Shown: positions 44,313 through 55,938, numbered from the stretch's first letter. The stretch is DNA of 64,000 bases from Histomonas meleagridis 2922-C6/04-290x (GCA_020184695.1 JAANOX010000265.1:1-64000), one strand, 5' to 3'. Notes: generated by a model from the sequence alone, not told the origin. A program made the numbers and translations.

Positions 44313-46076
44313 CAGATTTGAATAAAAAGGTACTAACCGAATTTATAGGTACTAACCCCTTTTGCACTTTTTCAGAAATTAACATAAAAAAAATTAAAAT
44401 ATCTTCTGATAGACTAAATATAAGAAAAAATGTTTAATAAATATATAAAATATATGCAATTTAATTATTATGAATAAATTTTAAGCTTGAGAATTTGATC
44501 AGGTGTGATGTTATGCGCACTTTTTCAAATTTTAATTTTTTTCATTTTTTTCATTAAATTTTAAATATTTTTTAAATTTCTGGTGTTTACTCAAAGATTC
44601 CTTCTGGGAAGTATTCTTTGTTGATATAACCCCAGTTCGTGTTTAATCTTCTTTGTGATATATTGGATTTATCAAAATTTATATTCCAGATCTCAGAAAA
44701 CTCGAACGAATTTCGTACCTTTTCCTCATCAAAAATTATTCTCCTTATATCTTCATTAAGGTCAGTAGATATGCCAGCTCTTTCAAAGCTAGAACGAACG
44801 TTAATACTGGTCGTAACTTGTTCATATGCCCTAAAAACCTTTTCAGCTAATGCTGCAACATCATTCAAGGTTTGTTTTGATGTGAGACTTTTTTGACATT
44901 TTTAAGTGCACCAAATATCACCAAATCAAGCATTTGGAAAAGGTTAGATGTATGCGGATTAAATGTTATAACAATTACTCGATTTTCGGCAAGAATTTTC
45001 AAAATTTCAGGATCGCAATGTGAAGAATGATTGTCCATGAATAAAACAGCAAACTCATCTGAAAACCCCTCAATACTTCGCTGATTATTAACATAGGGAA
45101 TGAATACATTTGTAATATAATCAAAAAATATTTCTTTTTTCACGTATGGAGGATTTGATATTGAAATATTCAGGTCAATTCCATTTTCTATATTTGTACG
45201 AAAGATATCATAAACTCGTAGGCTAGAAGCAATTGTCATTGGAGTTATGGCATCATTTGCTGCGCTAATACAAGAAATTAATGTTTGATGCCTAATTGAA
45301 CGTTTTACAGGTACCATAACAGGTGCTTGACACATATTTCTTGGTGCTATAACCGATTTTATTTTTTTATCTTCCCATTCGCTTGTACCCATTTCATCTA
45401 TGTTAAAAACCAGTTCTGCTGCTTTCCCAACAACATATTTCTTAATATTTTCAATGTGCTTATCTAGAAATTCTCTAGGCACATTCAATCTTGTGTTCTC
45501 TTGAGGAATAGCTTTGGTAAATCCAATTTGATCTTTGTAATTCTTAAAGAATCCAGCAAGCCATCCTTTTGTAACTTCTTTGCCAAATTTTGTCTTTATG
45601 TACAGCAATAATTCTTGTTTCGTTAGGAATTCGTTTTTTTCTGCCATTTCAATTATATATTCAATTATTTGATTTTTTTCTTCATCATCAAAAATTCTGG
45701 GGCGCCCTAAGTCATTTTTTGCATTTTTTGCTTTTTTTCTAATATTTGCTATAACCCCATGACTTACATCGAATATTTCTCCAAGTTTTTTGTTGTTAAG
45801 CAAAATATGACACACATTTTCACAATATTCACGGAGAAAAAGTACTTGGTCATTTCGAAATTGACATGATTGAAATTCCGGATTTCTTAATAATCCCCTT
45901 ATATCTACATCGCTTAAAATAGTTCCCTTTAGTCGTTCTTTAAATTCATCAATTGGAATTGCATGTGTCTTGAACGCATCGCTTGATTTCATCATTTTTC
46001 GAAATAAAAAGTGACAGAAAAGTGCAAAAAGGGTTAGTATATTTAAATTCGGTTAGTACCTTTTTATTCAAATCTG
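44313..46076 (-). mobile_element. pogo/Tigger/Fot1-like DNA transposon, 1764 bp, DD35D
   Basis: 59-bp TIRs (44313-44371 and 46018-46076; first 33 bp CAGATTTGAATAAAAAGGTACTAACCGAATTTA identical, 4 mismatches overall); TA duplication at 44311-12 and 46077-78; internal transposase. Confidence 0.95.
44587..45995 (-). pseudogene. DDE_1/CENP-B-type transposase with one frameshift near the C-terminus
   Basis: HTH (GRPRIFDDEE..LTKQELL), catalytic NIDEMG, FMDNHSSH and MLDLVIFGALK (35 residues between D2 and D3); the frame changes after the last D, around an A6 run at about 44889-44894, into ORF 44587-44868. Confidence 0.88.
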
Positions 46077-47512
46077 TAATCACATTGAATCTCAAATAAG
46101 ATCATAAATAATGCTGAAATTTATATTTTATTGCATTAAAATTTTGATTACCAAAAAAAAATTTCTTGTAATTTTTATATACAGACCTTTTTGCATTTAG
46201 GCACAGCAAGGGTGGCCCTCAATAACAAAAAATACAATAATTTTTTGCACTTAATTTTTGTTGGAGTAATATGACGAACCCCGAGGAGACTAAGGGCCCA
46301 TAAGACATATTTTCGATTTGCTTTGGGAGCGCATGGAAATTAGTCAATAATTATTTGTTCATCGCAAAATACATGAGAAGTAAGTGTAATCTTTTCCTAT
46401 CGGCTCTTTTCACTTCACCAGAATATTTATCATTAGTAAAAATTCATATAAAAAATATTTTCAAAAAACAACCAAATATTTTTATATATTAAAAAATATT
46501 TTTTTATTCACAAATAAATAAAGACCAGCGCCACTCCATATAAAAAGTTACATTTGCATAAATGTTGGAGAAGTTATTTTTTTCATGTATTTTCACTTTT
46601 TCTCAAAAATTTTAATAAAAATAATACAAGATAATAGTTTAGAAAATAACATATCTAACATACAATATTCCTATATAGGAAATATTATAAAATTCCCTAA
46701 AAAGTATGGTCGAAATCATTTTTGAATCTGGAAAGATTGAACAGTCAAAATTTCATAACAAGGGAATTTTTGTAATCTCCTACCGATGCCATTAATAACA
46801 TAAAATTATCGTTGAAAAAATATTGCAGGATTTGAAGTTTGAGTACATCTTTTTCTTTTATCTTTTAAAATTATAATTTTTACACTCATTTTTTTTTTTT
46901 TTTTTTTTATAAAATTTATTTTATTTTCTATTAAAACATCACCCATATGATCAATGTATTTCAAACTATATATGATCATGCGTTTCTTTGAAATTAATTT
47001 TCTCACTCCCAATATTTTTATATTTACTCTTATCTTTTTTATGATTTTATATCTATATCTCAATAAGTCTATTATTTTATATATATAAAATGGTGAATAA
47101 GTAAAAATGATAAATCATTTTGGTATTTTGTTTTATTAAAATTAAAAGATATTTTGTGATTCTTTTAATTTTATAATTATACAATTTTTAAAATGTTTAT
47201 CTGTAAGTTATTAAATAGTATTTTTTTACTCCACCATTATTTTTAAAGAATTTGTTGGTTTGATATGGTATGCTTCGCAAACCACGCGAAGTGAATCTTG
47301 TCTTGAGATAAAAATTGATGTATCAATATATCGAAAAGTATTTCTTTGAACAATAAATTGTAAACAAATGAAGTGTTTAAAAAAATATTATGAGGAAGAA
47401 GTAATCTCAGATGAACATTCCAACAAAAAGAAGTTTCTCTAAATACAGGTATGATATATTAACACAATGTTTGAATATTTTGCATAACATTAATGAGTAA
47501 AGTGTTTTTTTA

Positions 47513-48496
47513 TTATTGTCCAAATAAGAAAGGATATGTCCTTTTATGCTTGAACTCAAATGTTGCAGGTGCATCAATGTACATTGCTTCTCCATCAATT
47601 TGATAGAAACAATCGGATTTTGATGTTATCGTTGCACCTTTCACTTGTCCATATGGCGTCGATAAGTTCATTCCGGCGGTGATTGCAGTGAGAGACTTAA
47701 ATCCGCCAATTAAAATGACTTCAGCAAAGCCGTCGTCCATTTCGCATGGCGCTGTACCCTTCCACAATTCTTTACCACCATAAATGGTTTTGGTGGAAAG
47801 GAAAACAAGCGTTTTGTGGATGGAACTTGGTTTAAGTGCAATTGGTTCAGGATGGCCATTGAAATCATGTAATTGAACATCGAGATATTCTGATAATAAC
47901 TTTTTGCCAAAGCTGTTTTTAATTGCAGCTGGAACATAAAGAAATAGTGACTCGAATTGAGATTTTGGTTTGACTTCTTTTCGAATGGATTCATAATCAG
48001 CAGCAATAGAAGCATCAACACCTAATGAAAAATAATTAAGCATCTGGTGTGAAACGACTTCTTCAGAGTCTTTCTTTTTGATTGTAATTTCCCAAATATC
48101 AACATTCTTTTGGATTTGAGAATTACGGATTTTTTCAAGATGCTCGAAAATATTTGCTAAAGATTTCTTATTCATTCCTGTGCCCCAACCAATTGAGCGA
48201 CTCATATCATTTCCTGTTCCAAAAGGAATAACTGCTAATGGCGGATGAAAGTCTTGCGTATATGCTTTAGTTAATAACGTAATCGCCCAGTTAACAGTGC
48301 CATCACCACCTGCAGCTATTGCTCTAAGTTCTGGATTATTCATTACGTCTGAATATTTTGAAGTCCATGTATCTTGTTCATCAGGGAGAATAACAGGATA
48401 TATATCAGATTTCCCTTCAACCATCTTAGCTAACTCGGCTCCAAGTCCACCACCGCTTCCTTTATTGATAAAAATTAAGAGAGGCTTTTCCATCAT
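47513..48496 (-). CDS. DGK: Diacylglycerol kinase (catalytic plus accessory domains)
   Basis: FINKGSGG, AGGDGTV, PFGTGNDMSR, NYFSLGVDA, YGGKELW, YQIDGE. ATG at 48496. Confidence 0.93.
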   Translation of the reverse strand: MMEKPLLIFINKGSGGGLGAELAKMVEGKSDIYPVILPDEQDTWTSKYSDVMNNPELRAIAAGGDGTVNWAITLLTKAYTQDFHPPLAVIPFGTGNDMSRSIGWGTGMNKKSLANIFEHLEKIRNSQIQKNVDIWEITIKKKDSEEVVSHQMLNYFSLGVDASIAADYESIRKEVKPKSQFESLFLYVPAAIKNSFGKKLLSEYLDVQLHDFNGHPEPIALKPSSIHKTLVFLSTKTIYGGKELWKGTAPCEMDDGFAEVILIGGFKSLTAITAGMNLSTPYGQVKGATITSKSDCFYQIDGEAMYIDAPATFEFKHKRTYPFLFGQ

Positions 48497-48584
48497 TTTG
48501 TGAAGTAAACTTTTTGAATTTAAAGTTGAAAGAGCATTCAATTTTGAATACATACAAATTTTTTCCAAATCTTTAATTGGCTGG

Positions 48585-49799
48585 ATGAAACAAAGCGACA
48601 CAGGCAATTCAAACCCGAATATACCACCACCTAACCCACAGCAAAACGGAAATCCACAACCTCCACCAGGATATCCTCCTTATCCCGGATATTATCCTTA
48701 TCCATACCAATATCCTCCCCAACCAAATAATCAAAATCAATCTAATCAACAAAATGCACCACCTCCTCCATACGGGTACCCATATCCTCCTCCACCTCCA
48801 CAAAATAATCAAAAACAACCTAATCAACCAAACCAACAAAATCAACAAACTCCACCTCCTCCTCCATACGGATACCAATATCCTTACCCCTATCCACCAC
48901 CACCTCCAAATGGATCAAATGGACAACCAAATGGTTATCCATATCCTCCTTTTCCATACCCGCCACCATATGGTTATCCCTATCCTTATCCACCACCGCA
49001 GCCACAGCAAGCTCAGCAAGCTCCTCCACAAGATAATAAATTTGATTGGGAAAAGAATAGATTTGCAAATTCACAACCACAGCAACCACAACAATCTACA
49101 TCACAGCAAAACGCACCCAGCAAGCCACCACCTGTCTTTGACTGGGAGAAACGTCAGCTCGGTATTATTCCGAATGATGAACCGCCAGCCAAAATTGAAA
49201 TTGATTGGAACTATAAGCCCGATTATGTGATTGACGAACCCATCAAAGAAGTTGAGCGTGATCCAGAAGTCTCTGCTATTTGCACATCACGATTATTTGA
49301 TCCATCACAATTTCCAGATTTGCCCGATTCATTCTTCAAACTTTCGGCCTCCGAAACGATGTCCTTACTTCAGCAGCAACAGCGCAACAAGACTTTCCAA
49401 AAACGATCAAATGCACCAACACGCGATACTGCGCGCGTCAAGTTCCAATTTGGCAACACGTGTGTCTCCGACCTCACTGTCACAGCCTCGTTCCATGTCG
49501 AGGAGCCAACGAAAGCACTTTATGACTTTTTGAGCGATTTCGTATTTGCTGATGGATCACAGTTTTACCTTAAAACGTTAATACCACCAAAGGCAATTGC
49601 GTCGACACTGAATCAGAGGCTAAAGGACTTTAAGTTGCAGGGCAAAGTCATTGTACAAGTCGGAATTAAACATTTCACTGGACTGAAACAGAACGTCGAA
49701 GAGATATATAACGCACAAAGAGAAGAAATAGCAAAGAAAGTGAAGGAACTCGAGGAAAAGGAAAAGGAAAAAGAAAAAGAAATACAGGAAAATGAATAA
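48585..49799 (+). CDS. Pro/Tyr/Gln-rich protein with a UBX-like C-terminal domain (ASPSCR1/UBXN6-like)
   Basis: PPPYGYPYPPPP repeats; DLPDSFFKLSASE followed by ARVKF..ASFHVEEPTKALYDFL..LIPP. Confidence 0.65.
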   Translation: MKQSDTGNSNPNIPPPNPQQNGNPQPPPGYPPYPGYYPYPYQYPPQPNNQNQSNQQNAPPPPYGYPYPPPPPQNNQKQPNQPNQQNQQTPPPPPYGYQYPYPYPPPPPNGSNGQPNGYPYPPFPYPPPYGYPYPYPPPQPQQAQQAPPQDNKFDWEKNRFANSQPQQPQQSTSQQNAPSKPPPVFDWEKRQLGIIPNDEPPAKIEIDWNYKPDYVIDEPIKEVERDPEVSAICTSRLFDPSQFPDLPDSFFKLSASETMSLLQQQQRNKTFQKRSNAPTRDTARVKFQFGNTCVSDLTVTASFHVEEPTKALYDFLSDFVFADGSQFYLKTLIPPKAIASTLNQRLKDFKLQGKVIVQVGIKHFTGLKQNVEEIYNAQREEIAKKVKELEEKEKEKEKEIQENE

Positions 49800-50202
49800 A
49801 TGGTTTAAATAATTCGAATTTTTTGCGAAATATTAAATACATTTAAACTTAAATATTTGCGCAAATAATTTCTCATTTTATTGATATAAAATGCATAAAT
49901 GCATTGGCTTAAAAGCAAATTATTAAATTTTTATTATTTTATTCAAATTAATGTTTTAATCAATTTGCAATATTAAAATTTAATCATCTACATCAGAAGT
50001 TTTACCATAAACAAATTCATATCTCTATAAACACAATTCACATTATTATTATTCGAATATGTATATTGAATAAATGAAATGAACTAAAAAACAAATTTTT
50101 AAATATTATAATATTTGCTTATTGTTTCTTTTTTAGTCATAATTTATATATTACATAAAAACAATTTTTATTCATTAATTGGAAACAATTCCAAAATATT
50201 GT

Positions 50203-50730
50203 TTATGCCTGTGGTATCCAAAGAACAATAGCTCCGATCAGCGCTATAGTTACAAGGGCTTTTGGAGAAATTGGGTTTACAAACTCATTGATAAGCTGTG
50301 CAATGAATTTAACTGTCTGTTTTGTTTTGGATACAAATAATTGTGGCTCTTGGAGACAGAATTGCATACTCTTACAATAAGATCTTTGGAAGGGTGGTGA
50401 CTTGTCATTAATTTCATTACATTTATTTGCTTCAAACTCATATTTACATTTTTCTCTTTTTTCATTATCCTTTTGGTAAATCTCTTCCATTTCTTTATTA
50501 ACATCATGTGAAATAGATATGATAGATATTACAAGTACATAGAAAACAATCAACGTATAAATTATTTTGGAGATTAATTGGAAGTATAAATGAAATTTTG
50601 TTACTCTTGAAAGTTGTACTTGCGGCTTTGGTGTTGTTCCACGGGTTGATCTGGAATACGGAATTGGCGATTGGCCGCTGTTTCTTACAACAATTGATTT
50701 TTCGGCTTCCAAAACTATGCGAACAAACAT
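50203..50730 (-). CDS. Brr6/Brl1-like nuclear-envelope protein
   Basis: Two TM segments flanking a four-Cys loop (KCKYEFEANKC..YCKSMQFC) followed by AQLINEFVNPISPKAL. ATG at 50730. Confidence 0.8.
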   Translation of the reverse strand: MFVRIVLEAEKSIVVRNSGQSPIPYSRSTRGTTPKPQVQLSRVTKFHLYFQLISKIIYTLIVFYVLVISIISISHDVNKEMEEIYQKDNEKREKCKYEFEANKCNEINDKSPPFQRSYCKSMQFCLQEPQLFVSKTKQTVKFIAQLINEFVNPISPKALVTIALIGAIVLWIPQA

Positions 50731-50794
50731 AGTCAATTTTAAAAAAATAAAAAATTCTCTTTAAAAAAAGAATACCAATATTTGAAAGTTTAGC

Positions 50795-51367
50795 TTAGAT
50801 AGCCATGCAGCAGCTATTCATTTTTTCTGCTTCACGTGCAAACATCTTTGATTGTTCAGATAAATTTTCACTTTTTTCTGCAAGTTCTGAGAGCTTTTCA
50901 CCACGACCAATAGCCTTTTCTAAGTTAGTGATCATAATTTCTTTGGCTTCATCAAGATTAGATTGGATTTGAAGCAATTTGTCAGCATTCTTTGGTTCTT
51001 GATATTGAACAATACCACGTTTTATAACTTCTGACTTACCACCAGGATACCTGCCGGAGCATTGGTCGAATTCTCCCATGATTTCTCTGAGAATTGAGAA
51101 TACAACTCTGCTTGGATAATCTTCACTTACAACAGCAATTGCGGCTGCTTCGCCTTTACGGTACATATGAAACATCAATTGTTTTTCTTTTGCAGACATG
51201 AAAGTTTGTGTATTTTTAGATGTGGCTAATTGACTTGAAGCAAAATCAGCAAGTTCTATAGCATTCTTACGATACATAAAACCAATATCACTGAAATCCT
51301 TTCCGCTATCAATTAATGTAGCATTACCATTGCTTTGGCGATAGATGTAAAGTGCATAGATTTTCAT
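50795..51367 (-). CDS. YKT6: Longin R-SNARE Ykt6
   Basis: MKIYAL, DYPSRVVF, YQEPKNADKLLQIQSNLDEAK, IGRGEKL, C-terminal CCMAI (CCAAX). ATG at 51367. Confidence 0.95.
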   Translation of the reverse strand: MKIYALYIYRQSNGNATLIDSGKDFSDIGFMYRKNAIELADFASSQLATSKNTQTFMSAKEKQLMFHMYRKGEAAAIAVVSEDYPSRVVFSILREIMGEFDQCSGRYPGGKSEVIKRGIVQYQEPKNADKLLQIQSNLDEAKEIMITNLEKAIGRGEKLSELAEKSENLSEQSKMFAREAEKMNSCCMAI

Positions 51368-51656
51368 TATCAGATATGTCATAACCACTCTATCGTCGAA
51401 TAAAAACTGCCCAATTTCTGTCAATTTCAAGTGAACGATTGAATCCAGCACAATCGGCCAAATTTTAGAAAAGCATTTTTTGGAGACCGTTAACATGAAA
51501 AAACAGAAATTATCAAATTCTTGAATTTACCCAACCAAAAGAACTTGAGGAGAAGTAGGTGTTAAGCTATCAAAATTTGAATTTTGTACTAAAATTATGT
51601 TGAAGCTATTTTACGAATTAAAAAAAAAAAATTAATTTTTTTGGGGGATTTAGTCC

Positions 51657-52217
51657 TTAGAGTGTGAGTGTTCCCTTTCCGATTTCATCTGCCTTTTCAT
51701 TACCAACGAGTTTGCGAAGAATTTCTAAAGCAAAAATTGTAGCTGTTCCTGGGCCACGTGATGTAATAATGTTTCCATCAACATAAACTCTATCCTCGAC
51801 TTTCGTGCCACCAAATTCAGTGATTTTATCATCACATCCTGGATATCCACATCCTGTTTTTCCTTTCATTATTCCACAAGCTTCTGCTAATACGTAGCCT
51901 GGTGCAGCACAAATTGCAGCAACGACCTTTCCTGCTGCTAAATGAGCTTGAATTGCCTCAACAACTTTTGCGTTTTTAGCAAGATTCTTTGTTCCTGGCA
52001 TACCTCCTGGGCAAATGATTGCATCATATATATTTTTAGCAATATCATCAAGTTTGGCATCGCATTTGAGAACAATACCATGAGCACCTTTAATTGAAAG
52101 ATCGTTATGTCCAACTGATGCTAATGTCACTTCAATACCAGCACGACGAAGGAAGTCAATTGGTGTAATTGCTTCAACTTCTTCGAATCCTGGAGCAATG
52201 AGTATAACAGCTTTCAT
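51657..52217 (-). CDS. DJ-1/ThiJ/YajL-family protein
   Basis: GFEEVEAI, CPGGMPG, nucleophile elbow AAICAAP, ITSRGPGTA. Confidence 0.95.
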   Translation of the reverse strand: MKAVILIAPGFEEVEAITPIDFLRRAGIEVTLASVGHNDLSIKGAHGIVLKCDAKLDDIAKNIYDAIICPGGMPGTKNLAKNAKVVEAIQAHLAAGKVVAAICAAPGYVLAEACGIMKGKTGCGYPGCDDKITEFGGTKVEDRVYVDGNIITSRGPGTATIFALEILRKLVGNEKADEIGKGTLTL

Positions 52218-52247
52218 TTTATGTGAAATGACAGAATAAAAAGATTC

Positions 52248-53246
52248 ATGTCACTTTTTGAGACATGTCATATAAAAAAGAAGCTGAGCATGCAAAGCGA
52301 AGAAGAAGGCGATGATATATTTGAAGTTGAAAAGATCATAAGTCATAAAACTATTGATGGTGTGACATACTTTCAAATTAGATGGAAAGGGTATCCACCT
52401 GAAGAAGATACATTCGAACCTATTGAAAATCTTAATTGTCCAGATGTTATTCGCCAATACTATAAGAGTATATCAAGCACTAACAAAGATAAGCCAAGTA
52501 CGAAAAAAGAAAGAAAAGAAAAACCTCAAGAAATTAAACCCAATTCAGATTCTTCCCAAAAAAGAATAAAAGAAATAGAAAAACCTCGTAAAGAGAGCAA
52601 ACCAGAAAGGGGGCGTGATCGAAAAAGGAAAAAAGAAAAACCTCAAGAAATTATTCCAAAAAAAGAAAGACCTAATAGCAAAGAAACCATTAAAAAGAAA
52701 CCAGAAAAACCCGCACACATAGAGCCTTTCAAGCCGTATCGTACAGTTGTTGTTCCCCAACAAAACTTCCAAATTGAATCAGATGATAAACAGCATATAC
52801 AATTTCAAGACCATCCATTCCCAGAGCCTCCTCCCACTCAGCCCAATAGTAGTCGTCAAATGGCTGTAAAACGTGAAGACCGTAATCCTATGATTATTAT
52901 CAAACCAGAGAAAAAGCTCAAAAAAGCCAAGTCAAAAGATCAGCTAAAGATTCTTCGTAGTGTTAATGCAAACTTCCGTATGAATTTCACATTAGCTCCA
53001 TTACATGAATTTGAAGTATCACCGAAATCAGAAATCACCAAAAACAACATGATGATTGCTGCTGAGAAGACGACAACTCTTTTGGATTCATTTGTGATCA
53101 GGCGGATTATAAGAGTCATTAACAAGGATGGGAAAATTCTTGTCGAATGTGAAATTCCAGATCAGTCTGAAACGGTTGTGATACCATTGTCGTATGCGCA
53201 GTTTTTGTTTCCAAATGATCTCAACTCATTTCTTGTTGAACAATAA
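52248..53246 (+). CDS. Chromodomain protein with a chromo-shadow-like C-terminus (HP1-like); start may be 52290
   Basis: FEVEKIISHK..YFQIRWKGYPPEEDTFEPIENLNC chromodomain; basic hinge; C-terminal RRII..ILVECE..VVIPLSYAQFLFPNDLNSFL. Confidence 0.8.
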   Translation: MSLFETCHIKKKLSMQSEEEGDDIFEVEKIISHKTIDGVTYFQIRWKGYPPEEDTFEPIENLNCPDVIRQYYKSISSTNKDKPSTKKERKEKPQEIKPNSDSSQKRIKEIEKPRKESKPERGRDRKRKKEKPQEIIPKKERPNSKETIKKKPEKPAHIEPFKPYRTVVVPQQNFQIESDDKQHIQFQDHPFPEPPPTQPNSSRQMAVKREDRNPMIIIKPEKKLKKAKSKDQLKILRSVNANFRMNFTLAPLHEFEVSPKSEITKNNMMIAAEKTTTLLDSFVIRRIIRVINKDGKILVECEIPDQSETVVIPLSYAQFLFPNDLNSFLVEQ

Positions 53247-53342
53247 TAAATGTTAGTTTTGTTTTAATTTTTTGTATTTAAAAGAAATTCAAATGATAAT
53301 ATGAATTTGATGAAATCATTTGTTTCATATTTGATAATTTTA

Positions 53343-54158
<816 letters not shown>

Positions 54159-54378
54159 CACGAAGTGCTAATTGATCAAACTTTTATCAAAAACTATCAG
54201 TACAATAATTCAAAAATATAAATGTTCCTTTCATGAAATTAAGTGAAATGCTTTTTAATGAATTAACTTATATAGAATTTAATGTATGACGCACATTATT
54301 GAATATTATCATTAATATTTAAGCAAAAAAATAGTATTATTTACTTTTATTAATAATATTTAAACACGGAAAGTCGTT

Positions 54379-55938
54379 TTATATATAATTAGATTGTTTG
54401 TAAAATTCGGAATGTGCGAACTCTATTTTTTTATAAGCGTCTTTTTTCGTTACGTTCTCAAAGCATATTGGGACGTAATCTGCCTTTTCTATAAAGTAAT
54501 CGTATATATTATTTATCAAAGTTCCCTTTTTATTTTCGGGTAATTTATTTAACTTTCTATCGAGCGCTTGTTTATTCCAATCGTATTGATACGTCTTAAA
54601 GTTATATCTCTTTTTAATTGTTGTTGCGTTACACACCAAAGAAGACGAAATGCATAACGTCATATCTTCTCCTTGAGCCAAAGAGTACGGCCTCAGTCTT
54701 GCCGCAACTTTTGCGTGCATTGGTCTGTACATTAAAGGGACAGAAATATGATCTTTTTCATCACATTTCGATTTCGTTTTCATTCCATAAACTTTGGAAG
54801 ATATTTCGGTATAACTTTTACCATTAGTACCAATTAATTTATTTTTATTCTTAATTTCATCAACAAAATATCGTTGATGATTTATGTCTTTCGGTGTTTG
54901 ATCATCATCCCATCGCATTACAAAGTCGACGGGGAAAAATGATGAAACATAAACAGGAAACAAAAACAATGGACTCCAATTGTAACCCCAAATATGATAC
55001 ACTGGCCGCGATGATTTTTTGCGTATTAATGATAAGTCTAATGTGATTCGATTTTCACATTGGACAATGCAATAAAATTCGGGCAATAATGTTTGCTTTT
55101 CGAAGTTTTCGATGAAATTATAAATATATTTGCGCTTAAATTGTGGTAATAATAACGCTATTGTCGGATTCGGTGGATCATTAATGTTTGGACACATTCG
55201 ATATTGTGGAATTTGTGGATTTGTAATATAATCATAATTCGATGACGACTTAATTCCATCAAATGGATAATATACAATTCGAATTGCAGAATTGCGTGAA
55301 CTGATTAATGAAAGAGATAAAAGTGGCGGAATTGAAAAATACGTTGAATTAGTATAATACAAAAGTTCGCGAACTAATGTTGATCGAATGATTGCAATCC
55401 CAATTCCAACTTTAACGCCTTTGTATGTGGTTTGACCACCAAAAAGAATATCATAATCATTGTGACAGAATTGTGAAATAGCATCTTCAAGCCACGCCGT
55501 GGATGGCATGCTATTGACGTATGAGGTGTTGACATAAAAGATATAATCTGGCATGTTAAGGGTATAAAGAGAGGCAATTAACGGTAAATAACCTGCGTCT
55601 GGAAAATCGGAATAAATGACTTGCTGAGTGAAGTTGTCCTTTGGTGTTGAAGAATTATGAATGGTTAAAAAATTGCTTTGAAGATTGACAACATTGTCAT
55701 CAAAATCTTCATAGGATTCAACATTGATAGGGTCACCCATGTCAACTGTGATGGATAAAGAGCATCTGGGATATTTTTCAGTGCAATAGAATATTTTATG
55801 ATCTCTGATGCGGAGTCGAAAAATCTTTTGAACTGGTATTTGCAAGTAAAGAGCCGAAATGACAGGAAATCCAATAAAAAAACATCGTGCAAAAAATGAA
55901 ATTCTGTTTTTTGCTTTGGTTGATGCAAAAAGCATCAT
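54379..55938 (-). CDS. Type II membrane glycosyltransferase-like protein
   Basis: N-terminal signal anchor FFIGFPVISALYL; GT-A-like ALLLPQFKR, VMRWDDD (DxD), LIGTNG. Confidence 0.6.
   Translation of the reverse strand: MMLFASTKAKNRISFFARCFFIGFPVISALYLQIPVQKIFRLRIRDHKIFYCTEKYPRCSLSITVDMGDPINVESYEDFDDNVVNLQSNFLTIHNSSTPKDNFTQQVIYSDFPDAGYLPLIASLYTLNMPDYIFYVNTSYVNSMPSTAWLEDAISQFCHNDYDILFGGQTTYKGVKVGIGIAIIRSTLVRELLYYTNSTYFSIPPLLSLSLISSRNSAIRIVYYPFDGIKSSSNYDYITNPQIPQYRMCPNINDPPNPTIALLLPQFKRKYIYNFIENFEKQTLLPEFYCIVQCENRITLDLSLIRKKSSRPVYHIWGYNWSPLFLFPVYVSSFFPVDFVMRWDDDQTPKDINHQRYFVDEIKNKNKLIGTNGKSYTEISSKVYGMKTKSKCDEKDHISVPLMYRPMHAKVAARLRPYSLAQGEDMTLCISSSLVCNATTIKKRYNFKTYQYDWNKQALDRKLNKLPENKKGTLINNIYDYFIEKADYVPICFENVTKKDAYKKIEFAHSEFYKQSNYI

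Larger units (their letters stand above)
44146..46266. mobile_element. About 355-bp MITE (Tc1/mariner-type, TA TSD) split by the pogo-like insertion
   Basis: TIR CTCCAACAAAAATTAAGTGCAAAAAAATT from 44146 and its inverse AATTTTTTGCACTTAATTTTTGTTGGAG ending at 46266 (A-run differs by one); TA at 44144-45 and 46267-68. Confidence 0.85.

Noticed and set aside
44313-44371. TACTAAC twice in each transposon TIR (branch-point consensus, possible introner)
   Set aside because: Not followed by YAG at the fixed trichomonad distance; more simply explained as transposase-binding sub-repeats.
46270-46400. GC-richer segment starting ATGACGA (box C-like; possible snoRNA)
   Set aside because: No properly placed box D or terminal stem found, and it abuts a transposon junction.
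46806-47063. 85-aa K/I-rich minus-strand ORF and similar short intergenic ORFs (21261-21649, 22054-22245, 62707-62898)
   Set aside because: Low-complexity chance ORFs; 22054-22245 overlaps the tRNA.
47272-47292. Small hairpin GCTTCGC-AAACCAC-GCGAAGT (Helitron-end-like)
   Set aside because: No CTRR terminus at the expected distance and no other Helitron evidence.
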